Shown piece after piece: positions 54,817-63,198 of a stretch of 64,000 nt of DNA. The stretch lies in the NCBI GenBank assembly GCA_902775565.1, contig CACYMP010000005.1, positions 17,911 to 81,910 on the forward strand, read 5' to 3'. This DNA is from Oscillospiraceae bacterium. GTDB lineage: Bacteria; Bacillota; Clostridia; Saccharofermentanales; Saccharofermentanaceae. A program made the translations under genes and the position numbers. The notes under the pieces were generated by a model. That model searched no databases. It was not told the DNA's origin and was given only the letters and a program-made list of their open reading frames with translations. Within the stretch, counting starts at the first letter, position 1. Each line of letters begins with the position of its first letter.

Positions 54817-56361
54817 ATGGCAAGTGAATTGACCAAGGAAGTAAGTAAGAGAAAGATCGATCCGTTTACAACGTTTGTTCCGTTCGGATGTGTTCTTGCT
54901 TTGTGCGCATATTTTGTACTTGCGCCGGAGAATTCAACCAATGCTCTTGAAGTCATCAGGAGTTTTCTCGGTGATAAGTGCGGCGTTTACTATCTCGTGA
55001 TCGGATTGGGTTTCTTCCTCGTATCACTCTGGCTTTCGTATTCCAAGATCGGCAAGCTCACGATTGGCAAGAAGGGCGAAAAGCCGAAATACGGTTTCTT
55101 TGCATGGGGAGCAATGGTCTTCACATGCGGACTGGCATCGGACATCCTGTTCTATTCTTTCTGTGAATGGATCTACTACTATGAAGATCCTCATGTAATG
55201 GGATTCGGGAATATCAACGAATGGGCAGCGACTTTCCCTTTATATCATTGGAGTCTGATTCCTTGGAGCTTTTATGCCGTTCTTGCGGCCGCATTCGGCT
55301 TCATGCTGCACGTCAGAGGCTGTCACAAACAGAAGTACTCCGAAGCCTGCAGGCCTCTGCTCGGCAAGCATACCGACGGAGTTGCAGGTAAGGTTATCGA
55401 TATCCTTGCCGTAATAGCGCTTATAGCGGGAACTGCAACAACATTCTCCATTGCTACTCCGCTCTTGTCGATGGTCCTTACGGATCTGTTCGGTATAGCA
55501 GGATCCAAGTATGTTTCTATCTGCATCCTGCTTATTGTCTGCGGCATCTACACATGCTCCGTCATGAACGGCCTTAAGGGCGTCAACATGCTTTCTAAGA
55601 TATGCATGATCCTTTTCGGAATAATCCTTGCATATGTGTTCTTCTTCGGAGGAGAAGCAAGATTCTCAATTGAGACAGGTGTAACTTCAATCGGAAATAT
55701 GGTCCAGAATTTTATCGGATTATCCACATGGACTGATGCAACGAGAACGGAAGCGGGCTTTGCGCAGAACTGGACGATCTTCTACTGGGCTTATTGGATG
55801 GTCTGGTGTGTCGCTGCTCCTTTCTTCATGGGAATGATAAGCCGCGGAAGAACGATCAAGCAGGTAATAATGGGATCTTACGTCTTTGGTACTGCGAGCA
55901 CGCTTATCTCATTTATCGTTCTCGGAAATTTCGGCCTCGGTATGAAAGTTCACGGGAGATTTGATGCTGTTGCACAGTATCATGCCAACGGAGACGATCT
56001 CTATCAGACGATCATCGACATAATCCACGAGCTTCCTTTCCCGGCGATCTTCCTGGTAGTCCTTGCTCTTGCTATGTTTGCGTTCTATGCAACATCGTTT
56101 GACAGCATCACAATGGTTGCATCCAATTACAGCTATAAGAACATTGATAACGATGAGAGCGCAAGCAAGAAGATGAAGCTGTTCTGGGCAGTCCTGCTCA
56201 TCATGCTGCCTATCGCACTTATCTTCTCGGAAGGTACGATGGCTAATCTTCAGACCGTATCGATCATTGCCGCATTCCCAATCGGAATCGTCATGATCCT
56301 CATTATTGCAAGCTTTATCAAAGATGCAAAAAGCCATCTTGAGGAAGATAAAGCGGGATAA
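54817..56361 (+). CDS. BCCT-family (betaine/carnitine/choline) transporter
   Basis: 12-TM protein with the BCCT signature WTIFYWAYWMVWCVAAPFFMGMISRGRTIKQ. Confidence 0.85.
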   Translation: MASELTKEVSKRKIDPFTTFVPFGCVLALCAYFVLAPENSTNALEVIRSFLGDKCGVYYLVIGLGFFLVSLWLSYSKIGKLTIGKKGEKPKYGFFAWGAMVFTCGLASDILFYSFCEWIYYYEDPHVMGFGNINEWAATFPLYHWSLIPWSFYAVLAAAFGFMLHVRGCHKQKYSEACRPLLGKHTDGVAGKVIDILAVIALIAGTATTFSIATPLLSMVLTDLFGIAGSKYVSICILLIVCGIYTCSVMNGLKGVNMLSKICMILFGIILAYVFFFGGEARFSIETGVTSIGNMVQNFIGLSTWTDATRTEAGFAQNWTIFYWAYWMVWCVAAPFFMGMISRGRTIKQVIMGSYVFGTASTLISFIVLGNFGLGMKVHGRFDAVAQYHANGDDLYQTIIDIIHELPFPAIFLVVLALAMFAFYATSFDSITMVASNYSYKNIDNDESASKKMKLFWAVLLIMLPIALIFSEGTMANLQTVSIIAAFPIGIVMILIIASFIKDAKSHLEEDKAG

Positions 56362-56380
56362 TACCTAAGGTCAAAGATTC

Positions 56381-57958
56381 TTATTTGCCGGCTGCAGGCG
56401 TTATTGTGAGCGCGGTCGTTGAAATGGCAAGCCACGTCTTAAGACCTCTGGTCCTTACGTAGAGGTTGCAGATTATCACGCTGTTGGGATGTCTCGCTTC
56501 GGTCGATCCGGGCGCAGGATCGACAAATGTGCCGCAGGCACTTATAACATATGGCTTTCCGTTTACCGTTCCGAGATAGATCATCATGTGTCCGGGCATT
56601 GAGATAAGGCTGCCGGGAGTAAGCTTTTCAATGACTTCGAGCTTTTTCTTGTCGTTCATCTTGCTCATATCGGTCTTAGCTACGCCCTTTGAACCTGACT
56701 GACCGGTACGTGTCAGAAGAACACCGAAGCAGCGGTAGATCTCTCTTGTAATGCCCGTGCAGTCATTTGCCTGAAGGTCGCCGCCCCAGCCGTATCTGTC
56801 GCCCTGGAGCTTCATGGCCTGCCTTACGATATTGGCGGGCGTCAGAGGCAGGAATCCGACATTAACGTCATCGGAAACAGGTATCAGTACGTATTCATCC
56901 TTTATATTGCCGTCACTTCCTCTGGTGGGAACCTTGACCACATAATCACCGTAAGTGGTGCGTTGGCTTATGCTCCGGGGTGCTTTGCTTACGGGGACGA
57001 GCTCCATGCGTGTGCCCATGGGTAGTACGAGATTGCTTGTCTTTGAACTGTAAGGGTCGTTGCCAAGCCTGATCTCTCTGGCTGTTACGACAAGCCACTG
57101 ACCCGGTTTTTGTCTTGCCTGCCAGTCTGCTTTGTCTTTGCAGAACGCAATGGCATCTTTTCTCACCCATGCGGCAAAACTGTCGAAAACCGCATAAAGA
57201 TAATTTCCGTCCTTGCTTTCATGAAGCACCACAACAGGCATATAAGGCATACATTCGGAGAAGAGGATGGAATCATAGTAGCGGTCAGACTTGCTGTCGA
57301 AAACGCGGTCTTCTGTAGGGAACTGCCTTAATGTCATCCTTTTTGTCGTAAAACCGTATCTGACGTTTATCGTCTCCGGAACTCCGTCGATATTTGAAAG
57401 AGCGGCCAATTCCTGCCAGTACTCCGCAGTCGTCGGTTTGCCGTTCAGGAAGTACTTTGAAGGATCTTTCGGAACAGCCTTTTCGTTATCCTTGAGGAAA
57501 GATCGCAAGACCTTGCCGTCCAATGTGTCTTCGTATTCATCAGGGTGGGGAAGGATCGTCTTATCAGATGCCTTTATCACACCTTTGTTGTTTTTGTTGA
57601 ACTCTTCAATCTGCTCCGGAGTCATGAGGACCTGGTCGTGTCCCTCTTTGATCCAGTAATCCGCATACATCATCTCGGGCTTTACGCCGTCTATGGTGCG
57701 TACATATGTGGTATCAACGACCGTTTTGCCGTCGGGTGTCTTTAATATGATGCTTTCAGAAGCTGAAGGTTCTGCCGTTTTTTCTGTATTCATGGTTGTG
57801 GAAGCCTCTGTTGTGGAAATCTCAGTGCCAGGGACGGAAGAAGCGTCCGCCACAGGCTTTGTAACAATGTTACATCCGCCGAAGACGGTGGCTGACATTG
57901 AAATAGCGAGCATTAAAGATATTGTCTTTCGTGTGTTGCCTGCCATAAATAACTCCAT
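56381..57958 (-). CDS. NlpC/P60 (C40) cell-wall peptidase lipoprotein with SH3-like region
   Basis: Lipobox VFGGCN. C-terminal catalytic Cys (NDCTGITREIYRCFG) and His (PGHMMIYLG). Confidence 0.8.
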   Translation of the reverse strand: MELFMAGNTRKTISLMLAISMSATVFGGCNIVTKPVADASSVPGTEISTTEASTTMNTEKTAEPSASESIILKTPDGKTVVDTTYVRTIDGVKPEMMYADYWIKEGHDQVLMTPEQIEEFNKNNKGVIKASDKTILPHPDEYEDTLDGKVLRSFLKDNEKAVPKDPSKYFLNGKPTTAEYWQELAALSNIDGVPETINVRYGFTTKRMTLRQFPTEDRVFDSKSDRYYDSILFSECMPYMPVVVLHESKDGNYLYAVFDSFAAWVRKDAIAFCKDKADWQARQKPGQWLVVTAREIRLGNDPYSSKTSNLVLPMGTRMELVPVSKAPRSISQRTTYGDYVVKVPTRGSDGNIKDEYVLIPVSDDVNVGFLPLTPANIVRQAMKLQGDRYGWGGDLQANDCTGITREIYRCFGVLLTRTGQSGSKGVAKTDMSKMNDKKKLEVIEKLTPGSLISMPGHMMIYLGTVNGKPYVISACGTFVDPAPGSTEARHPNSVIICNLYVRTRGLKTWLAISTTALTITPAAGK

Positions 57959-58068
57959 ATCCGGTTTGGTTTTCCCGATTATAACGTAATATCGGAAACC
58001 GTTCTTTACAATGGTACAATAAACCTTAAACTGATTTTGAGTTAATTCATAAGCAAACAGAGGAAAAC

Positions 58069-59052
58069 ATGATCAGGTTTATTGAGGATAAAGAAGAGAA
58101 GAAAAGGATATCCCGTGAGGTGCTTGAGGCCTTGAAGGAATGGTTCGAGGTAGATGAGAGCCGTGAACAGTTTATAAGGGAATCCGCTGACCAGCCTTTC
58201 TGGGCGGCTTTCGAAAATGATGCTCTTGCTGGCTTTCTCTGCCTGAAAGAGACTGGAAAAGAGACCATGGAGCTTGCAGTCATGGGCGTGAAGAAGGAAT
58301 TTCACAGGCACGGAGTCGGCAGGAGTCTTTTCGCTGCCGCCAAGGACTATGCCGCAGCCAAGGGATACTCTTTTATTCAGGTCAAGACTGTCCGCTCGGG
58401 TATGTATGAGGATTACGACAGGACAAATGAATTCTATAAGAGCCTGGGCTTTAAAGAGCTTGAGGTTTTTGAGGAGTACTGGGATGCGGCAAATCCCTGC
58501 CAGGTATATGTTATGAGCCTAAAGAGCGCCATAGATACGATATCTGTCAGACACAGCTACCGCGGTAAGTTCTCATCAGAACCAGTTCCGAGGAAAGATC
58601 TGATGATCATTGCAAATGCAGGCATCAATGCGCCTTCAGGATGCAACAAGCAGACAACGGATCTGGTCGTGGTTGACGATCCTGCGACGCTTGACGCGGT
58701 CAAGGCCGTGATAGATCCGCCTGTTGCACAGACCGCGCCTGCCTTTATCGTTGTTCTCTCAAGAAAGATCAATGCATACCGTGACAGATGCTTTGCAATA
58801 CAGGATTATTCCGCGGCGATCGAGAATATGCTTCTGGCGATCGTTGAGCTCGGATATCAGAGCTGCTGGTATGAAGGCCACATCACTGATGACGACCGCA
58901 TCTGCGACAAGATAGCTTCAGTCCTCGGCGTGCCCGAAGGCTACGATGTTGTCTGTGTTCTTCCCGTAGGCAGAGCTGAAGACGATTTCCACGCTCCTTC
59001 GAAGAAACCTTTTAACGAGTGTGTTAAGTTCAACCGTTTCGGAGAAGAGTAA
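58069..59052 (+). CDS. GNAT acetyltransferase fused to a nitroreductase-family domain
   Basis: The N-terminal ~150 aa are GNAT (AVMGVKKEFHRHGVGRSLF). The C-terminus is nitroreductase-like (RHSYRGKFSSEPVP...INAPSGCNKQ...). Confidence 0.7.
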   Translation: MIRFIEDKEEKKRISREVLEALKEWFEVDESREQFIRESADQPFWAAFENDALAGFLCLKETGKETMELAVMGVKKEFHRHGVGRSLFAAAKDYAAAKGYSFIQVKTVRSGMYEDYDRTNEFYKSLGFKELEVFEEYWDAANPCQVYVMSLKSAIDTISVRHSYRGKFSSEPVPRKDLMIIANAGINAPSGCNKQTTDLVVVDDPATLDAVKAVIDPPVAQTAPAFIVVLSRKINAYRDRCFAIQDYSAAIENMLLAIVELGYQSCWYEGHITDDDRICDKIASVLGVPEGYDVVCVLPVGRAEDDFHAPSKKPFNECVKFNRFGEE

Positions 59053-59056
59053 CACC

Positions 59057-59488
59057 ATGGAAGTAATGAGAGCGGAAGCAGAATGGCAGAGGGCGGGTGC
59101 TTACTCGGTGCGTATCGAGGGCATGAACCGCCAGCACCACATATCGCTCAGGGATGAATTCGACGAGCACGACTGCGAGGGCACTAAATACATAGTCCTT
59201 TTGGATGACGGTTACCCGGTCGCCACATGCAGATTCTATGAAATAGCGGAAAATGCTGTAACATTGGGCCGTGTTGTGGTCCTTCCGGAATACAGGGACC
59301 GTAAACTCGGTACTCTTGTTGTTACAGAGGCAGAGAAATGGGCAAAAGAACTCGGTTACAGCGAGATCATTATCGACAGCAGAGTTGAAGTCGTTGAATT
59401 CTACACCAAGCTCGGCTATCTGCATCTGGACGATCACGTGGAAAGGTGCGGAAGCTTTGAGTGTATCAAGATGAAAAAGGAGCTTTGA
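59057..59488 (+). CDS. GNAT-family N-acetyltransferase
   Basis: VVVLPEYRDRKLGTLVV acetyl-CoA-binding motif. ATG at 59057. Confidence 0.8.
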   Translation: MEVMRAEAEWQRAGAYSVRIEGMNRQHHISLRDEFDEHDCEGTKYIVLLDDGYPVATCRFYEIAENAVTLGRVVVLPEYRDRKLGTLVVTEAEKWAKELGYSEIIIDSRVEVVEFYTKLGYLHLDDHVERCGSFECIKMKKEL

Positions 59489-59489
59489 T

Positions 59490-59936
59490 TTGAAAAAGAT
59501 ACTGCTTTTTATAACCATAGCATCTGTTCTTACCGCGGGTCTTTGCGGCTGTTCTTCAAATACAAACGGGCCGACGATCCCGACAATAAACCAGACGGTC
59601 AAGAGCAGAGAAGGCGATAAGGTCGTTTTCTTTGAAGGAGAGGAAGAGGAAACGATAAGTCCTGTTATGGAATCCTTCAACAACATGTATTTCAAGATCT
59701 CAAACGGCCAACTCTATGTCGCTTTGGATGACGGTGATTACTACGAGACCACGATTTCCGGAATAGACGGACTTTTTGTCGACACAAGGAGCGAGGATGA
59801 GGCAGTCGTGGGGGACCTCTATATATTCCGCGGAAACAGGATACTTTATAAGATCACCTTTTATTCAGGCGGATATGAGCCTTTCTTAAAAGAAGATCTT
59901 GAGAAAGCTTTCGGAAAGCTGACACCTGTTAAATGA
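59490..59936 (+). CDS. Small lipoprotein
   Basis: Lipobox LTAGLCGCSS. TTG start directly after the previous stop. Confidence 0.55.
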   Translation: MKKILLFITIASVLTAGLCGCSSNTNGPTIPTINQTVKSREGDKVVFFEGEEEETISPVMESFNNMYFKISNGQLYVALDDGDYYETTISGIDGLFVDTRSEDEAVVGDLYIFRGNRILYKITFYSGGYEPFLKEDLEKAFGKLTPVK

Positions 59937-60721
59937 ACGAAGTAAATAAGACACTTTATATCCCGCTGTACGGCAAATCCTTTGTCAGCAGGAAGGGGAT
60001 CATACTCCATGACGCGAAAGCCGAAGAGATATGGGCGAAAGAGGGTTTTGAACTCAAAGGGAAATCCAAATCGAAATGGCTTGCGTACAATATGGCAATG
60101 CGCGCCCGTGTTTTCGATGACTGGACCAGTCAACAACTCAAAAAGAACCCGGATGCCATAGTACTTCATATCGGATGCGGTCTGGACGGCAGGTGCCTTC
60201 GCGTAAAACAGCCTTACAGCTGCTGGTATGACTGTGATTATCCTGACGTATTGGAAGTTAGAAGGCAATACTATCAGGAGTCTTCCTCTTACCACATGAT
60301 GGAACTCGATGCGACTGATACAAAGAAGATAAACGAACTCCCCGAAGGCAATACCGTAATCGTTGTCCTTGAAGGTATCTCCATGTATCTGACCAACGAC
60401 CAGCTTAAAGCGCTTATAGCGGTGCTCCGCCAAAAGTATCTTTATGTGCATGTCCTGCTTGATGTTTACACACAGTTTGGAGCCAGAGCATCTGAAAAGA
60501 AAAATCCGATAAATGATGTGGGCGTTACCAAGGTTTACGGTGTGGATGATATTGATGCCATATGTGAAGGCACTGGCGTGATGAAGATAGCCGAGCATTC
60601 TTTCACTCCGAAGCACCTTATCGATGAACTGAAGCCTGTGGAAAGAGGCTTTTTCAAGATGCTGTTTACGGGGAAGACGTACGGCAGGATCTACAGACTC
60701 TTTGAGCTGAAAAGCATTTAA
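59933..60721 (+). CDS. Class I SAM-dependent methyltransferase (TcmP/LCMT-like)
   Basis: VLHIGCGLDGR SAM-binding motif and VVLEGISMYL. ATGA overlap with the lipoprotein gene. Confidence 0.7.
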   Translation: MNEVNKTLYIPLYGKSFVSRKGIILHDAKAEEIWAKEGFELKGKSKSKWLAYNMAMRARVFDDWTSQQLKKNPDAIVLHIGCGLDGRCLRVKQPYSCWYDCDYPDVLEVRRQYYQESSSYHMMELDATDTKKINELPEGNTVIVVLEGISMYLTNDQLKALIAVLRQKYLYVHVLLDVYTQFGARASEKKNPINDVGVTKVYGVDDIDAICEGTGVMKIAEHSFTPKHLIDELKPVERGFFKMLFTGKTYGRIYRLFELKSI

Positions 60722-60859
60722 TCTATTGCATTTGCACCAAACTCCACCATTGGTTGGGAAGCCTGAAAATGCTCTCTTGGGGGCAACTCAACCATGGGTT
60801 CGTGGTAAAATAACCGTGACTGATTTATTGTCCGTGGTGAAAGGAGGATTCCCTCAAAA

Positions 60860-61489
60860 ATGGATCAGGTCAAGATCGGAAAGTTCATAGCAGCATGCAG
60901 AAAAGAGAAAGGAATTACTCAGGCAGCCCTCGCGGAAAAGCTCGGTATTACTGACAGAGCAGTTTCCAAGTGGGAGACCGGCAAGAGCCTTCCTGATGCT
61001 TCAATAATGCTCGAACTCTGCAAACTGCTTGAAATTGACGTAAATGAACTCCTGACCGGGGAACATGTCACCATGGAAAACTATAAGAATAAGGCAGAGG
61101 CAAATCTTTTGGAGATGAGCGCAAAGGTTGAGCAGAAAGATAAGCTCCTGCTCAATGTGGAAAAGATCATGATCGCCGTCGCGATCCCTTTCTATGCCGC
61201 AATGATAATTATAGGTGCCTATGTCTGCAAAGGCGGTAATATTCCGCTCGGAATCGCCTTGATCATCATGGCAGTTGCTCTAGTAGCCGTTTTGGCCTGT
61301 ATCGGTCTTCGGATCGAACACGATGCCGGTTACTATGAGTGCCCGAATTGCGGTGAGCGCTATGTGCCGACAATGAAGGCTGTAGTCATGGCACCACACA
61401 TGGGCACTTCCAGAAAAATGGTATGCCCTCACTGCGGCAAGAAGGGATATCACAAGAAGGTTATTTCCAAGAATAAGGGAGAGAATTGA
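60860..61489 (+). CDS. Membrane-tethered XRE-family HTH protein with a C-terminal zinc ribbon
   Basis: HTH (IGKFIAACRKEKGITQAALAEKLGITDRAVSKWETGKSLPD), two TM helices, then CPNCG...CPHCG. Confidence 0.8.
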   Translation: MDQVKIGKFIAACRKEKGITQAALAEKLGITDRAVSKWETGKSLPDASIMLELCKLLEIDVNELLTGEHVTMENYKNKAEANLLEMSAKVEQKDKLLLNVEKIMIAVAIPFYAAMIIIGAYVCKGGNIPLGIALIIMAVALVAVLACIGLRIEHDAGYYECPNCGERYVPTMKAVVMAPHMGTSRKMVCPHCGKKGYHKKVISKNKGEN

Positions 61490-61495
61490 TCTAAT

Positions 61496-62362
61496 ATGGA
61501 AAGCTTTAGCTTTGGTCAAGTAAGCACTTCATCATTTGTGCTGATGGGAATAGGCGCATTTATCGCGATCGTCGTTCCGATAGTGATCGCGATAGTATGG
61601 TGCAGGAAAAAGAAGGAGCCCTTTACGACAGTCCTGATCGGTGCCGCGGCATTCATGCTGTTCGCCGTCATGATCGAAAAGATCATACAAAACGTCTTGA
61701 TAATACCGGGTCAGATGGGACTGCCCGAGACTCCTGTAAGTATGTTTATCAATGCAAGACCTTTCCTGCTCGCATTCCTGTTAGGACTGTTTCCGGGCGT
61801 TTTCGAGGAGACCGGAAGGCTTATCGCATTCAAGACCATACTCCGCAAGAGAACATGGCGGGAGACATCGATATCCTACGGCATCGGCCACGGCGGAGTG
61901 GAGGTCGTGTTCGCTGTAGGAATATCCTTGATCTCCTACATCGTGCTGGGCTTCCTGATCAACAGCGGTGAAGCAGTGAAGGAGTTTGAAGAAACATTAA
62001 AAGCGATGGATCAGCCCTGGATGATCGAGCAGGTGACCGGTCAGATGAAGACGATCACAGGCTTTGATCTGACTTCTCTTTGTACTCTTCTGATCGAGCG
62101 CGTCTTTGCCGTGTTATTCCATATTGGAGCTTCGATACTCGTTTTCTATGCCTGCAGGGATAAAAAGAAGTTCTGGCTCTATCCGCTCGCGATCGTCATA
62201 CATACGGTTATCGACGGTATTGCCGCGCTGCAGATCGTTCGAGCGGTCAAGATCCCGTCCATCGCAATTGAGATCATATTTGTTTTGGCATCTGTTGCAA
62301 CATTTCTTGGTTCTTATCTGTTGTTATATAAAAGAGATAAAGCCAAGGAGGCCGGAGCGTGA
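61496..62362 (+). CDS. YhfC-family (CPBP-related) glutamic-type intramembrane protease
   Basis: Polytopic protein with FEETGRL, a later FHIGAS and HTVIDG motifs. Confidence 0.7.
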   Translation: MESFSFGQVSTSSFVLMGIGAFIAIVVPIVIAIVWCRKKKEPFTTVLIGAAAFMLFAVMIEKIIQNVLIIPGQMGLPETPVSMFINARPFLLAFLLGLFPGVFEETGRLIAFKTILRKRTWRETSISYGIGHGGVEVVFAVGISLISYIVLGFLINSGEAVKEFEETLKAMDQPWMIEQVTGQMKTITGFDLTSLCTLLIERVFAVLFHIGASILVFYACRDKKKFWLYPLAIVIHTVIDGIAALQIVRAVKIPSIAIEIIFVLASVATFLGSYLLLYKRDKAKEAGA

Positions 62363-63081
62363 AAAAAAGAGATCACATCAGAACATCAGTCTTAATATTC
62401 TGCATCCTGTTTTCCATGCTTACAGGATGCAGTTTTAATCTGCGTTCTGCCGGTGAAGAGCCAGCCTTTATAAGCAGCGGGGAATACGAATGTGATTTCG
62501 AGATAAAACCCTTGGTATTTAAGAAATTCGGGGAACATATCTATTATCTTGAAGACAAGTTTTTCAAAGAAGAAAAGTACAACGGACAGAATGAGACAAT
62601 GAGAAAATGCTTTGAGGACAAGGATTCTGAGGAAGTGACAGATATCTGTCTGATCAATTACATAGTTGACGGCAGAGACGGAAAAGTAACTGACATACAG
62701 CTGTACGGCCGCGAATATATTGACGGGATCTTAGTGGATGACAAACCGTATTATGCCCAGAGCGCCAGCAAAGTTAAGCACTTTACCAGAATGTTTGCCA
62801 TGAAGCGTCAGCATAACCCGAACAGGTTGATTTCTGTCGATCCGGAGAAGATCTTCCCTAAAGTTGCCGAACTGGCATGTAAGAATAAATACTCAATGAT
62901 GATGAACCGCGGAAATCTTATATATGGGACATATGTGCTGAAATTCAATGATACCCAAAACTATCTGTATTATGAATTTACGCTTAACACATACAGCACC
63001 ATAAAGGTCAATGCCAAAAACGGCAAGATCGACTATTCGGAATTTAAAGACGGGTATCCCGTTGATTGGGCATATGATTAG
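62359..63081 (+). CDS. Lipoprotein of unknown function
   Basis: Lipobox MLTGCS. Start overlaps the yhfC-like stop (GTGA). Confidence 0.55.
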   Translation: MKKRDHIRTSVLIFCILFSMLTGCSFNLRSAGEEPAFISSGEYECDFEIKPLVFKKFGEHIYYLEDKFFKEEKYNGQNETMRKCFEDKDSEEVTDICLINYIVDGRDGKVTDIQLYGREYIDGILVDDKPYYAQSASKVKHFTRMFAMKRQHNPNRLISVDPEKIFPKVAELACKNKYSMMMNRGNLIYGTYVLKFNDTQNYLYYEFTLNTYSTIKVNAKNGKIDYSEFKDGYPVDWAYD

Positions 63082-63198
63082 AATATGACTTCTGCTTTCA
63101 AAATCCGAAAAAGTTTGTTTACAAAGTCATGAGTTAATCCGCTGTATAATAAAGTCAGTTTAAACGCTTACTGATTTTATCCGTACAGGCAAAGTGAC

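Noticed and set aside
60722-60859. 138-nt spacer upstream of the XRE gene inspected for a riboswitch or small RNA
   Set aside because: It contains only short, imperfect palindromes (ACCATTGGT, AACCATGGGTT) and matches no riboswitch or leader architecture I know.
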